DNA from: an uncultured Candidatus Rokubacteria bacterium
GTDB lineage: Bacteria; Methylomirabilota; Methylomirabilia; Rokubacteriales; DASRDR01
DNA length: 64,000 nucleotides
Direction of reading: 5' to 3'
Assembly: GCA_963708025.1 (NCBI GenBank)
Contig: CAVPSB010000032.1
Span: 256,001 to 320,000 of the forward strand
Positions within the stretch are counted from its first letter, which is position 1, and each line of letters begins with the position of its first letter. The notes below the pieces were generated by a model. It made no database searches. It saw nothing but the letters and a program-made list of their open reading frames with translations, and was not told the origin of the DNA. Positions 1 to 10,138 of the stretch are shown here, in pieces. A program made the translations under genes and the position numbers.

Positions 1-18
1 GTCGCCACCGACTAGGGC

Positions 19-288
19 CTAGGGCGTTGAAGCGACAAAGTCATGGCAGATGACTCAACTTCTCGGGCGGGGCCGAGGAGCGAGCAGCGCCCACAGGCCG
101 AAGGCCGTCCGAGGGCCGCAGGGAGTCGCCGACCGCCAGCGGACTCCGAGTACGCCGAGGATCGGCGACGACCCCAAAGGCCGAAGGCCGTCCGAACGAC
201 GACCATAGGTCGGGACGGACGCGAGGCCGTAGGCCGAGCGCGTCACGACCGAGATGAACATTGCGACGCTCATCGGCCCGCCCGCTAG
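19..288. repeat. Family A palindromic intergenic repeat, copy A1
   Basis: Core gcagggagtcgccgaccg..actccgagtacgccgaggatcggcgacgacc is shared with 9920, 31675, 35562 and 44782. Outer stem 65-82/267-283. Bounded by CTAG at 19-22 and 285-288 (the pdhC stop). Confidence 0.9.
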
Positions 289-1658
289 ACGAGCAGGCCG
301 AGCGGCGCTTCCAGCAGCCCCTTGAGGTCCGCCAGGAAGCGGGCGCCCATCGCCCCGTCCATCACCCGGTGGTCGCACGAGATCGTGACCCGCATGCGCT
401 TGCCGACGGCGAGCTGGCCGCCCACCACCACCGGCTTGTCGAGGATCGCGCCCACCGCCAGGATCGCCCCCTCCGGCGGGTTGATGATGGCGGAGAACTC
501 ATCGACCGGGAACATCCCCAGGTTCGACACCGTGAAGGTGGCGCCGGAGAGCTCCTGGCCGCGCAGCTTGCGGCCCCGGGTGCGCTCCACGAGGTCACGG
601 GCCTCGGCGGCGATCTGGAAGAGGCTCTTCTGGTCGGCGTCGCGGAGGACTGGGGTGATGAGGCCGTCGTCCAGGGCGACCGCGATCCCCATGTGCACCG
701 CGCGGTAGCGCCGGACCGCCTGGCCCTGGAAGCTCGCGTTGACGCCGGGATGCTTCACGAGGGCGAGCGCGCAGGCCCGGACGATGAGGTCGGTGAAGGT
801 GACCTTGGGGGCGTCCGGCAGGGCCTGGAGCTCCTCACGCAGCGCCACCGCCCGCTCCATCGCGATCTCGGTCGTCACGTAGAAGTGCGGGACCGGCGCC
901 TTGGACTGCGTCATCTGCTTGGCGATCGCGGCCCGGATCGCCGTCAGCGGCTGGTCCTCGAATTCGGCTTCCGGCCGGACCTCCCGGAGCGGGGTCGGGC
1001 GCGGAGCCGCCGCCGGGCGCGTCGCGGCGGGAGCGGCCGGCGCCGGGGCGGCCCGGCCGGCGGCGACGAAGGCGTCCACGTCCCGCTGGATGACCCGTCC
1101 GCCGGGACCGCTTCCCTTGATCGCGCCGAGGTCCACCCCCGCCTTCTGGGCGAGCTTCCGGGCCAGCGGGGAGGCGCGGAGCCGCTGGCCGGGGACCGGC
1201 GGCCCCTCGTCCACCGGTGGGGCCTCGACCGCCGCCGCGACGGCGGTCGCCGCCGGGGCTCGCCGCACCTCGGCCGGCGAGGGCGACGGGGCGGTGGGCA
1301 CGATCCGCGCGCCCGCGGCCTGGGCGTCGGCGACCGTCGGCGTGGCCCGGGCCGGCTCGGGACGCGCGGGCGCGGATGGTGCACCCGCGCCGCCGACCAG
1401 GCTCGAGATGTCCTCGCCGGGCTCGGCGATGACGGCGATCAGGCTGCCGACCGGCACGCTCGCCCCGGGGGCGATGAGGACCTTCCTCAGGACCCCGGAG
1501 CCGAAGGCTTCGAGCTCGATGTCGGCCTTGTCGGTCTCGACCTCGGCGACGATATCACCGCCCGCGACTGGCTCGCCCTCCTGCTTGAGCCAGCGCAGGA
1601 GCTTGCCGGTCTCCATCGCCTCGGACAGCTTCGGCATCACGACCTTGGTCACCGCCAT
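285..1658 (-). CDS. pdhC: Dihydrolipoamide acetyltransferase (pyruvate dehydrogenase E2)
   Basis: Lipoyl domain EVETDKA, E3-binding RASPLARKLA, catalytic DHRVMDG; follows E1 alpha/beta genes. Confidence 0.93.
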   Translation of the reverse strand: MAVTKVVMPKLSEAMETGKLLRWLKQEGEPVAGGDIVAEVETDKADIELEAFGSGVLRKVLIAPGASVPVGSLIAVIAEPGEDISSLVGGAGAPSAPARPEPARATPTVADAQAAGARIVPTAPSPSPAEVRRAPAATAVAAAVEAPPVDEGPPVPGQRLRASPLARKLAQKAGVDLGAIKGSGPGGRVIQRDVDAFVAAGRAAPAPAAPAATRPAAAPRPTPLREVRPEAEFEDQPLTAIRAAIAKQMTQSKAPVPHFYVTTEIAMERAVALREELQALPDAPKVTFTDLIVRACALALVKHPGVNASFQGQAVRRYRAVHMGIAVALDDGLITPVLRDADQKSLFQIAAEARDLVERTRGRKLRGQELSGATFTVSNLGMFPVDEFSAIINPPEGAILAVGAILDKPVVVGGQLAVGKRMRVTISCDHRVMDGAMGARFLADLKGLLEAPLGLLV

Positions 1659-1686
1659 GGTTCCTCCGGGTACCGGGCAGGAAGCG

Positions 1687-1793
1687 GGCTAGTGCCGTTC
1701 CAACTTGCTCCGGCTAGTGCTTTCGAATGCCGCAAGTCCGTGCTTCAAGAATCGCTTGCCCATTTGGCTCATGGAGTTGGAACGGCACTAGCC
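1687..1793. mobile_element. MITE-like element with 19-bp perfect terminal inverted repeats
   Basis: ggctagtgccgttccaact (1687-1705) is the exact reverse complement of agttggaacggcactagcc (1775-1793). CTAG lies at both ends, and the interior is AT-richer with no coding capacity. Confidence 0.75.
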
Positions 1794-2774
1794 GACGGCG
1801 CAGACCTTGCGCAGCGCCTCGACGATCTTCTCCCTGGACGGCGTCTTCAGCCGCTCGAGGTTCTTCGCGTAGGGCATCGGGGCGTTGGCGCCGGTGATGC
1901 GCACGACCGGAGCGTCTAGATCGTCGAACGCGCTCTCGGTGATGAAGGCGGCGATCTCCGAGCCCATCCCGGCGAAGCCGGCGCCGGATTCGGCGACGAG
2001 CGCCCGGTGCGTCTTCCGCACCGAGGCCAGGATGGTGTCCGTGTCCATGGGTCGCAGGGTGCGGGGATCGACGATCTCCACCGAGATCCCGTCCGTCCGC
2101 TCGACCTCCTCCGCCGCCTCCAGCACCCGGTAGTACATCCCGGAGTACGCGACCGCCGTCACGTCCCGCCCTTCGCGCTTGACCTCGGCGACGCCGAGCG
2201 GGATCAGGAAGTCGGGGTCCTCGGGAACCTCCCCCTTCACGCCGTAGAGCGTCTCGGACTCGATGAAGATCACCGGGTTGTCGTCCCGGATCGCGCTCTT
2301 GAGCAGGCCCTTGGCGTCCCGGGGGGTGGTGGGCCGGACGACCTTGAGGCCCGGCACGTGGTAGAAATACGTCTCCATCGACTGCGAGTGCTGGGCGGCG
2401 AGTTGGTGGGCGGGGCCGCCGGGGCCGCGGACCACGATCGGGCAGCTGAACTGCCCCCCCGACATGTAGTGGAGCTTGGCGGCGTGGTTGACGATCTGGT
2501 CGAGGGCCACCAGCGCGAAGTTGAACGTCATCATCTCGATGATCGGCCGCAGGCCGACCATGGCCGACCCGATCCCGACGCCGGTGAAGCCGGATTCGCA
2601 GATCGGCGTGTCGATGACCCGGCGCTCCCCGAACTTCTCCAGGAGACCCTGGCTCACCTTGTAGGCGCCGCCGTAGATTCCAACCTCCTCGCCGATCAGG
2701 TAGACGCGCTCGTCCCGCTCCATCTCCTCCCGATGGGCGTGGTTGAGCGCTTCGCGGTAGGTTATCACCGCCAT
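1788..2774 (-). CDS. pdhB: Pyruvate dehydrogenase E1 beta subunit
   Basis: GEEVGIYGGAYKV, DTPICESGF, AQHSQS motifs. Confidence 0.95.
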   Translation of the reverse strand: MAVITYREALNHAHREEMERDERVYLIGEEVGIYGGAYKVSQGLLEKFGERRVIDTPICESGFTGVGIGSAMVGLRPIIEMMTFNFALVALDQIVNHAAKLHYMSGGQFSCPIVVRGPGGPAHQLAAQHSQSMETYFYHVPGLKVVRPTTPRDAKGLLKSAIRDDNPVIFIESETLYGVKGEVPEDPDFLIPLGVAEVKREGRDVTAVAYSGMYYRVLEAAEEVERTDGISVEIVDPRTLRPMDTDTILASVRKTHRALVAESGAGFAGMGSEIAAFITESAFDDLDAPVVRITGANAPMPYAKNLERLKTPSREKIVEALRKVCAVG

Positions 2775-2789
2775 CGCCGGCCTACCCCG

Positions 2790-3800
2790 CTACGCATACA
2801 CGTCCTCGTAGAGCCACTCGGGCGGAGGCTCCGGCGAGGCCTCGGCGAACGCCACCGCCTCGGCCACCCGCGCCTCGACCTCCTCGGTGATGGCCTTCCA
2901 GCCGGCCTCGTCGAGGTGACCCTCGCGGAGGAGCTGGTCGCGGAAGCCACTGATGGGGTCGCGCAGCTTCTCCTGCTCGACCTCCTCCTTGGTCCGGTAG
3001 ACCGCCGCCGACGGGTCTCGCATCGAGTGGCCCCGGAACCGATAGGTCCGCGCCTCGATCAGGCTCGGCGTCCGGGACTCCCGGGCCCGCACCACCGCCC
3101 GGCCCACACACTCGCGGACCGCCAGGACGTCCATCCCGTTGCAGGCCTCGCCGGGGATCTTGTACGACTCCGCGAAGCGGTAGATCTCGGTCTGGGCCAG
3201 CGCGCGGTGGATCGCCGTCCCCATCGCGTACCGGTTGTTCTCGCAGATGAAGACGACCGGCAGCTTCCAGAGCGCGGCGAGGTTGAGCGACTCGTGGAAC
3301 TCGCCCTGCGGGACCGAGCCGTCCCCGAAGAAGCACAGGATGACCCGGTCCTGCTCCTGGTACCGGATGGCGAAGCCGACCCCGGTCGCGATCGGCAGGT
3401 ACCCGCCGACGATGGCGTGGCCGCCGAGGAAGTTCACCGATCGATCGAAGAGGTGCATCGAGCCGCCCTTGCCCTTGGACACCCCGTCGCGCCGGCCGAA
3501 CAGCTCGGCCATCAGGCGCCGGGGATCCGAGCCCTTGCTCAGGGCGTGGCCGTGCTCCCGGTAGCCGGCGATGGCGTAGTCGTCCGGGCGGAGCGTCGAG
3601 ATGGCGCCCACCGCCACCGCTTCCTGGCCGATGTACAGGTGCAGGAACCCGCCGATCTTGCCGAGCGCGTACATCTCGGCCGCCTTCTCCTCGAAGCGGC
3701 GGATCAGCAGCATCTGGGCGAGGAGGTCGCGCCAGACCTTGCCGTTCTCGCGCGGCTCCTCTCGTCGAACCCCGGCGTCCTTCTTGTCCCTGGTTACCAC
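2790..3800 (-). CDS. pdhA: Pyruvate dehydrogenase E1 alpha subunit
   Basis: GFLHLYIGQEA, GKGGSMH, TPP-binding GDG...ENN, TYRFRGHSM. Confidence 0.95.
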   Translation of the reverse strand: MVTRDKKDAGVRREEPRENGKVWRDLLAQMLLIRRFEEKAAEMYALGKIGGFLHLYIGQEAVAVGAISTLRPDDYAIAGYREHGHALSKGSDPRRLMAELFGRRDGVSKGKGGSMHLFDRSVNFLGGHAIVGGYLPIATGVGFAIRYQEQDRVILCFFGDGSVPQGEFHESLNLAALWKLPVVFICENNRYAMGTAIHRALAQTEIYRFAESYKIPGEACNGMDVLAVRECVGRAVVRARESRTPSLIEARTYRFRGHSMRDPSAAVYRTKEEVEQEKLRDPISGFRDQLLREGHLDEAGWKAITEEVEARVAEAVAFAEASPEPPPEWLYEDVYA

Positions 3801-3828
3801 GCTCAGCCTCCGAGGCGTTCCTCGCCCG

Positions 3829-4131
3829 TCACCAGCGCATCAGCGACAGGTCGTCCACGCTGATGCGGTACCGGGCCCGGAAGATCGCCACGATGATGGC
3901 GAGGCCGACCGCGACCTCGGCCGCCGCCACCGTCATGACGAAGAACACGATGATCTGACCATCGACCACGCCTCGCGAGCGCCCGAAGGCCACGAAGGCC
4001 AGGTTGGCGGCGTTCAGCATGAGCTCGATGGACATGAAGATGACCAGCGGATTGCGCCGCACCAGGACGCCGATCACCCCGATCGTGAAGAGCACGGCCG
4101 AGAGCGCCGCGTAGTAGCTCGGCGGCACCAT
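3829..4131 (-). CDS. nuoK: NADH-quinone oxidoreductase subunit K (cluster 1)
   Basis: 100 aa, three TM segments, [10 protein letters not shown] and [10 protein letters not shown]. Confidence 0.95.
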   Translation of the reverse strand: MVPPSYYAALSAVLFTIGVIGVLVRRNPLVIFMSIELMLNAANLAFVAFGRSRGVVDGQIIVFFVMTVAAAEVAVGLAIIVAIFRARYRISVDDLSLMRW

Positions 4132-4135
4132 GGGA

Positions 4136-4627
4136 TCAGCCCGACCGCCGCTTGGCCAGCGTCAAGGCGCCGACCAGCGCGGCCAGCAGGAGCACCGACG
4201 TCACCTCGAACGGGAACAGGTAGTCGGTGAAGAGCAGCTGCCCGATCCCGCGGGCGCCGACCGGGGCCATGGGACTCACGGCACGGGACCCCGCGTAGGG
4301 CAACACGAGCACGACCACCAGGCCGAGCATGGCGGCGAACGGCAGCGCCAGGAGCCGCTGGGGACCGAGCGGGTCGGGGCCGGTCTCGGAGCGACCCGGG
4401 ATCAGCATCATGATCGCGAAGATGAACAGCACCATGATCGCGCCAGCGTACACGATCACCTGGGCCAGCGCGAGGAACTCGGCGCGGAGCATGAGGTAGA
4501 GGATGGCGACGCAGAACAGGTTGCCGACCAGGAACAGGGCGCCGTGGAGCGGGTTCGGCCGGACGACCAGCCCGACCGCGGAGCCAATCGCGCAGCCGGC
4601 CACCACGAGGAAGACGACCCACTCCAT
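4136..4627 (-). CDS. nuoJ: NADH-quinone oxidoreductase subunit J (cluster 1)
   Basis: [15 protein letters not shown] and [13 protein letters not shown]. Confidence 0.95.
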   Translation of the reverse strand: MEWVVFLVVAGCAIGSAVGLVVRPNPLHGALFLVGNLFCVAILYLMLRAEFLALAQVIVYAGAIMVLFIFAIMMLIPGRSETGPDPLGPQRLLALPFAAMLGLVVVLVLPYAGSRAVSPMAPVGARGIGQLLFTDYLFPFEVTSVLLLAALVGALTLAKRRSG

Positions 4628-4628
4628 G

Positions 4629-5199
4629 CTATTCGAGCCCCTTCTTCCACAGCGACGCTGGCGGCGCCACGGTCGGCAGCCCGTCCGCCCCCGCCGGCTC
4701 CAGCGAAAGCAGGATCTCCTTGGAGTAGATCATCCCTTCCCGGCTGTAGGCCGAGAACTCCAGGATCCCGGTGTCCATCCGGATGGCGTCCTCCGGGCAC
4801 GCTTCCACGCAGTAGCCGCAGAAGATGCACTTGCCGACGTCGATGTCGAAGCGCTCGGGGTACTTCTCGATGTCCGGGTTCGGATGCTCGGCCGCCACGA
4901 TGTAGATGCAGTGGGCCGGACACACGGTCTCGCACATCATGCAGGCCACGCAGCGGGAGGAGCCGTCCTCCCGGCGGACCAGCCGGTGGAGGCCCCGGAG
5001 GCGGGTGGCCAGCGGCCGCCGCTCCTCCGGCCACTGGTAGGTGACCGCGCCCTTCCGCCCGGTCATCCAGAGGCCCATGTTGCGGAAGAAGTGCCCGGCC
5101 GTGATGCCGAGCCCGATGAGGACCTCGGCGAGGTAGAAGCGCTGGCGGACCGTCCGGGGCGTCTGCCGGCTGACCGGGAGCGTCTTCAAGCGTGGCCAT
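4629..5199 (-). CDS. nuoI: NADH-quinone oxidoreductase subunit I (cluster 1); start uncertain (TTG at 5189, or ATG at 5199 with a 1-nt slip)
   Basis: Two [4Fe-4S] motifs, CVACMMCETVCP and CIFCGYCVEACP, in the 4629 frame. Confidence 0.9.
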
Positions 5200-5209
5200 G
5201 GCCGCGCCT

Positions 5210-6292
5210 CTAGAGCAGCAGCACCGCGGCGGTCAGCACGATGTTCAGGATCGACAGCGGGAGCAGCGACAGCCACCCGAGCCGCATCGCCTGATCGTAG
5301 CGGAACCGCGGGAGCGTCCAGCGGACGAGCATGAGGAACCAGATCATGGCGCACACCTTGACGACGAAGGCGCCGACCTGGAGCAGGACCACCAGCAGGT
5401 GCGGCAGTGTCCACGTGAGGCCTCCCGGGAAGTGGAAGCCGTCCGCGAAGAGCCAGGGAACCTGCCAGCCGCCCAGGAACAGGGCGGTCGTCATCCCGGC
5501 GATCACCACGGTCTCCACGAAGTCGGCCATCAGGAACATGCCGAACTTCATCCCGCTGTACTCGACGAAGTAGCCGATGATCTCCGACTCGCCCTCCGGG
5601 AGGTCGAAGGGGATGCGCTTGCTGGACGCGATCCCCGCGGTGAGGAAGAGGACGAGCCCCAGCGGCTGGGTGAAGATCCCCCACTTGGGGATCACGCCGG
5701 CCCAGTACTCCCCCTGCCCTCGCGCGATCTCCTGGAGGTCGAGGGACCCGTAGACCATGCACACGCCCATGATCGAGGCGCCGATGGCGACCTCGGCCGA
5801 GATCATCAGGGCGGCGGCCCGCTGGCCGCCGAGGAGCGCGTAGTTGTTCGCCGAGGCCCAGCCGGCCAGCATGATCCCGTAGACGCCCATCGAGAGCATG
5901 GCGAAGACGTAGAGGATGCCGGCGTTGAGCTGGACCGCCTGGAGGGAGATCGTCTGCCCGCCCACTTGCAGGACGTCGCCGAACGGGATCGTCGCGAAGC
6001 CGGCCAGCGCGAAGAAGACGGACACGACCGGGGCCGCCACGAAGAGCAGGCGGTCGGCCCGGGCCGGGATGAAGTCCTCCTTCGTCAGCATCTTGAGGGC
6101 GTCGGCCATGATGTGGAAGAGCCCGATCACGCGGAACCCGAAGATGGAGGCCCGGTTGGCCCCCACCCGGTCCTGCATGACCGCCGACTGCTTCCGCTCG
6201 ACCCAGGTCAGGAGCCCGGCCAGGTTCAGGACGAAGCCCATGATGAACGCCACCTTCAGGAAGGCGACGCCGAGGGCGACCGCCGGGCTCAT
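5210..6292 (-). CDS. nuoH: NADH-quinone oxidoreductase subunit H (cluster 1)
   Basis: Start MSPAVALG overlaps the nuoG stop; ERK..MQDRVG, ADALKMLTKE, PFDLPEGESE, TLPRFRYDQ. Confidence 0.95.
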   Translation of the reverse strand: MSPAVALGVAFLKVAFIMGFVLNLAGLLTWVERKQSAVMQDRVGANRASIFGFRVIGLFHIMADALKMLTKEDFIPARADRLLFVAAPVVSVFFALAGFATIPFGDVLQVGGQTISLQAVQLNAGILYVFAMLSMGVYGIMLAGWASANNYALLGGQRAAALMISAEVAIGASIMGVCMVYGSLDLQEIARGQGEYWAGVIPKWGIFTQPLGLVLFLTAGIASSKRIPFDLPEGESEIIGYFVEYSGMKFGMFLMADFVETVVIAGMTTALFLGGWQVPWLFADGFHFPGGLTWTLPHLLVVLLQVGAFVVKVCAMIWFLMLVRWTLPRFRYDQAMRLGWLSLLPLSILNIVLTAAVLLL

Positions 6293-7917
6293 CGGGGGGT
6301 GGCCGTGGGTGCGGGCGCCCCCGCCACCAGCACGCCGTGGTCGCGGAGGGTCCGGTAGCTCAGGCCGGCGAACGCCGGAACGGCCACCGCCAGCTCGCGG
6401 AAGAGCTGCTCCGCCCGCGTTGGGCGCCAGTCGTGGCCGAGCGCCCGGGCGACCTCGGCGAGGATCTCCCAGTCGGCCCACGCCTCCCCGACCGGCTCCA
6501 GGGCGGGCCAGAACCGCTGCACCCGCCCCTCGAAGTTCGTGAAGGTGCCTTCGCGCTCGGTGTAGGCCGCGCTCGGGAGCAGGAGGCGGGCGCGCTCGCT
6601 GGTGGCGTTCGCGTTGGGCCCCTGGAAGACCATGCACTCGACGCGGTCCAGCGCCGCCCGCACCTCGACTTCGGGCCACCGGGCAGCGAACAGGTCGTGC
6701 CCGAACACCCACAGGACCGACAGCCGCCCCGCCTCGGCCGCCGCCAGCACGTGGCCGCCGTCCTCCTCGCCGCCGCCCCCCAGCCCGATCAGCTCGGCAC
6801 CCCGCGTATTGGGGTTCTTGTCGGCACGGAGCAGGAAGTCGTCCTGGTGTCCGGGCGCGCGCGGCGGCACCCGGAAGTCGACCGACCCCGCCCCCCGGGC
6901 CTCCACGAAGAGCCGGCGGGCCAGCCAGAGGTCCTCGTTCGGCATCCGGGGCGAGAGCAGCACGCCGACCCGGTCGGGTCCGGCCGCCCGCAGCAGCTCG
7001 GCCAGAGTCCGCACCATGTCCGGCCACGTCACCGGCGCCAGCCCCTCCGTCGTGCGGCGCTGGGGAACGAGCAGGCGGGACGGCGCGTCGAGGTCGTGGA
7101 ATCCGTACCGGCCCTCGTCGCACATCCACCACCGGTTCACCTCGGCGTTGAACCGCGGCTTGAGCCGGGCCACCCGCCGACCCTTGGACTGGTGCAGGCG
7201 CCGGGTGTTGGTGTGGACCTCGATGTTACAGCCGCGGGCGCAGCCGGGGCAGACGGACTTCGCGCGGTCGAGGTACCACACCCGGACCCGGAAGCGGAAG
7301 TCCCGGTCGGTGAGGGCGCCCACCGGACAGATGTCGATCACGTTGCCCGAATAGGGATTTTCCAGGGTGGTCCCGGGGAACAGGCCGATCTCCGAGTGGT
7401 CGCCCCGGTTGAAGATGCCCAGCTCGCTGGTCTTGGTGATCTCGTCGCAGAAGCGGACGCAGCGGGAGCACAGGATGCAGCGCTCGGCGTCCAGCATCAC
7501 GTGGGGTCCGAGCGGGACCGCCTTGGGCTTGTGGACCTTGTCGTCGATCATCCGCGGCTCGTAGAGCCCGTGCTGCATGTAGTAGATCTGCAGCCAGCAC
7601 TCGCCGGCCTGGTCGCAGACCGGGCAGTCCAGCGGATGGTTGACGAGGTGCCACTCCATGACCGACCGCCGGGTCTCGAGCACCCGCTCGGTCTGGGTCA
7701 GCACCACCATCCCGTCGGCGGCGATGGTGTTGCACGCGATGGTCGGACGCGGGGCTTTCTCCAGATCGACCATGCAGAGCCGGCACTGGCCGGCGATCGA
7801 CAGCCCGGGGTGGTAGCAGTAGTGCGGGACCTCGACCCCGACCTGCCGGGCCGCCTCCACCAGGTTGGTCCCGGCGGGCACCTCGATCGGCTTGCCGTCG
7901 ATCGTCAGCTTGGGCAT
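6289..7917 (-). CDS. nuoG: NADH-quinone oxidoreductase subunit G (short form, 542 aa)
   Basis: PHYCYHP..GQCRLC, NHPLDCPVCDQAGEC, RCILCSRCVRFC, CPGCARGC Fe-S motifs. Confidence 0.92.
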   Translation of the reverse strand: MPKLTIDGKPIEVPAGTNLVEAARQVGVEVPHYCYHPGLSIAGQCRLCMVDLEKAPRPTIACNTIAADGMVVLTQTERVLETRRSVMEWHLVNHPLDCPVCDQAGECWLQIYYMQHGLYEPRMIDDKVHKPKAVPLGPHVMLDAERCILCSRCVRFCDEITKTSELGIFNRGDHSEIGLFPGTTLENPYSGNVIDICPVGALTDRDFRFRVRVWYLDRAKSVCPGCARGCNIEVHTNTRRLHQSKGRRVARLKPRFNAEVNRWWMCDEGRYGFHDLDAPSRLLVPQRRTTEGLAPVTWPDMVRTLAELLRAAGPDRVGVLLSPRMPNEDLWLARRLFVEARGAGSVDFRVPPRAPGHQDDFLLRADKNPNTRGAELIGLGGGGEEDGGHVLAAAEAGRLSVLWVFGHDLFAARWPEVEVRAALDRVECMVFQGPNANATSERARLLLPSAAYTEREGTFTNFEGRVQRFWPALEPVGEAWADWEILAEVARALGHDWRPTRAEQLFRELAVAVPAFAGLSYRTLRDHGVLVAGAPAPTATPR

Positions 7918-7921
7918 CCGC

Positions 7922-9215
7922 TCAGTGGGCTCCGACCCGCACGGTCCGGCCCGGCCGGACGTCGCAGGCGCCGTGCTGGATGTGGTAGTCGAACTCCGCC
8001 CGGAACTTCTCGACGTAGGAGATGTACGGCGCGATGGCGCCGTCGTAGAAGGCGCAGATGGTCGTCCCGGCGCCCCGCTTGGCGACGTCCACGATGGTGT
8101 CCGGGTCCCCCGCCACGCCCTTGCCGGCCAGGATGCGGCCGACGATCTTGAAGATCCAGCCGGTGCACTCGCGGCACGGCGTGCACTGGCCGCACGACTC
8201 GTGGGCGTAGAAGCGGGCCAGGACGTAGAGCGCCTCGGGGATGCAGGTCGTGTCGTCCATGACGACCACGCCGGCCGAGCCGATGAACGACCCCGCCTGC
8301 TTGAGCCCGTCGACGTCGAGGGTCACGTCGATCTCGGCAGCCGTGAGGAGCACCGTCGAACGAGCCGCCGGGGACCACGCCCTTCAGCGCGCGGCCGTCG
8401 CGGATGCCGCCCGCCTGGTCGTAGATCAGCTCGCGCATCGTCGCCGTGACCGGCAGCTCGTAGACCCCGGGGCGATTGACGTGGCCGGAGACCGAGAACA
8501 TCCGCGTGCCGCCCTGGGTGGGGGTCCCGAGGCCGGCGAACCACGCCCCACCCCGGCTGACGATGGGCGGCAGGGCGCAGATCGTCTCCACGTTGTTGAC
8601 GACCGTCGGATGCCCGAAGGCGCCCTTCACCGCGGGGAACGGCGGCTTGATCTTCGGCCAGCCCTTCTTCCCCTCCAGCGACGACAGCAGCCCGGTCTCC
8701 TCCCCGCAGATGTAGGCGCCGGCGCCCCGGTGGACGACGATCCGATGGTCGAAGCCGGTCCCCATGATGTTCTGGCCGAGCAGGCCGGCCGCCTCCGCCT
8801 CCGCCACCGCCTCCGAGAAGATCCGCCACGGCCGGACGTACTCGCCGCGGATGTAGATGAAGGACGTCTGGCAGCCGATCGCGTAGGAGGCGATGAGCAT
8901 CCCCTCGATGAGGGCGTGGGGGTCGCGCTCGAGGAGATAGCGGTCCTTGAACGTGCCCGGCTCGCCCTCGTCGGCGTTGACCACCAGGTAGGCCGGCCCC
9001 GTTCGCTGCTTCGGCACGAAGCCCCACTTGGTGCCGGTGGGGAAGCCGGCACCGCCCAGGCCGCGCAGGTTCGACTTCTTCACCTCGCCATGGACCGCCT
9101 CCGGCCCCATCCCGACCGCCTTGCGGAACGCCTCGTACCCGCCGCTCGCCTGGTACGCGACGAGGGTGTGGGAGTCGGGTCGGTCGAAGTTCCGCATGAA
9201 CACGCGCTCGGCCAT
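7922..9215 (-). CDS. nuoF: NADH-quinone oxidoreductase subunit F, split by a +1 frameshift at ~8360
   Basis: GLGGAGFPTG, NADEGEPGTFKD and GAGAYICGEET lie in one frame; ESCGQCTPCR lies in the next. Removing one A at 8359/8360 joins them as PGGSSTVLLT. Confidence 0.9.
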
Positions 9216-9330
9216 TATTCGAGTCCGCCCCCATCCTTCGACGGCCTTCGGCCTGTGGCAACCCCTCCCGACTGTTGGACGGCCTCCGGCCTGTGGCCGG
9301 GGGGAGGGGGGCCGGCCGCCGCCATTCCAA
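9216..9330. repeat. Family C repeat, copy C1 (nuoE-nuoF gap)
   Basis: atccttcgacggccttcggcct is shared with ~24399-24420; ggggggaggggggccgg..ccattcc is shared with 61019-61051. Confidence 0.7.
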
Positions 9331-9390
9331 AGCAATCCGCGTGAGGCAAATCCCTCACCGTCCCTCGGCTGGCATCGCCCCGCGGCGTCA

Positions 9391-9879
9391 TCAGCGCAAA
9401 CCTTCCAGTACCTGATCAATGCGCTCGCGGGTCAGGGGGCCCACGTACTCGTCGTCCACCTGCATCATCGGCGCGACCTCGCAGGCGCAGAGGCACTCCA
9501 CCCGGAACAGCGTGACCCGGCCGTCGGGGGTCGTCTCCCCCGCCTCGATGCCGAGCTGCTCCTGGAGGTAGGCGATCACGTCCTCGGCCCCGAGCAGGGT
9601 GCACGAGAGGTTGTGGCAGACGGAGAGGGTGTGCCGCCCGACCGGCTTCTTGAGGAAGAGCGTGTAGAAGGTCACCACCTCGTGGACGTGGGCCGCCGAC
9701 AGGCCGAAGAGCCCGGCCACGTAGGTCTCGACCTCGGGCGAGACCCAGCCGAAGGTCTCCTGGGCGAAGTGCAGGACCGGCAGCAGGGCACCGCGGCGGT
9801 CCGGATAGAGCGCCTGCAGCTCCCGGACCCGGCGGAGCTGCGCGTCGGAGAAGACGATGGCCCCCACGGCCTCCGGCAT
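9391..9879 (-). CDS. nuoE: NADH-quinone oxidoreductase subunit E
   Basis: VVTFYTLF; [2Fe-2S] ligands CHNLSC and ECLCAC. Confidence 0.93.
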   Translation of the reverse strand: MPEAVGAIVFSDAQLRRVRELQALYPDRRGALLPVLHFAQETFGWVSPEVETYVAGLFGLSAAHVHEVVTFYTLFLKKPVGRHTLSVCHNLSCTLLGAEDVIAYLQEQLGIEAGETTPDGRVTLFRVECLCACEVAPMMQVDDEYVGPLTRERIDQVLEGLR

Positions 9880-9919
9880 CAGCGCTCCACCTCCGACCGA
9901 CGCCCACAGAGCGTCCACA

Positions 9920-10137
9920 GCCCGGGTCGAGACCCGAGCAGCCCCCGCAGGCCGAAGGCCGTCCGACCGACGCAGGGAGTCGCCGACCGCAGGCGCACTC
10001 CGAGTACGCCGAGGATCAGCGACGACCCCAAAGGCCGAAGGCCATCCGAGGGACGCCCATAGGTCGGGACGGACGCCGAGCCGTAGGCGAGGCGCGTCAC
10101 GGCCGAGATGGGCGATGCGACGGGTATCGACCCGGGC
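9920..10137. repeat. Family A repeat, copy A2 (nuoD-nuoE gap)
   Basis: Same core as A1; outer stem gcccgggtcgagacccg / cgggtatcgacccgggc. Confidence 0.9.
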
Positions 10138-10138
10138 A

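Noticed and set aside
8358-8361. Phosphorothioate GAAC/GTTC motif as the cause of the frameshifts
   Set aside because: GAAC only arises from the inserted base itself; the underlying site is GTCGAC.
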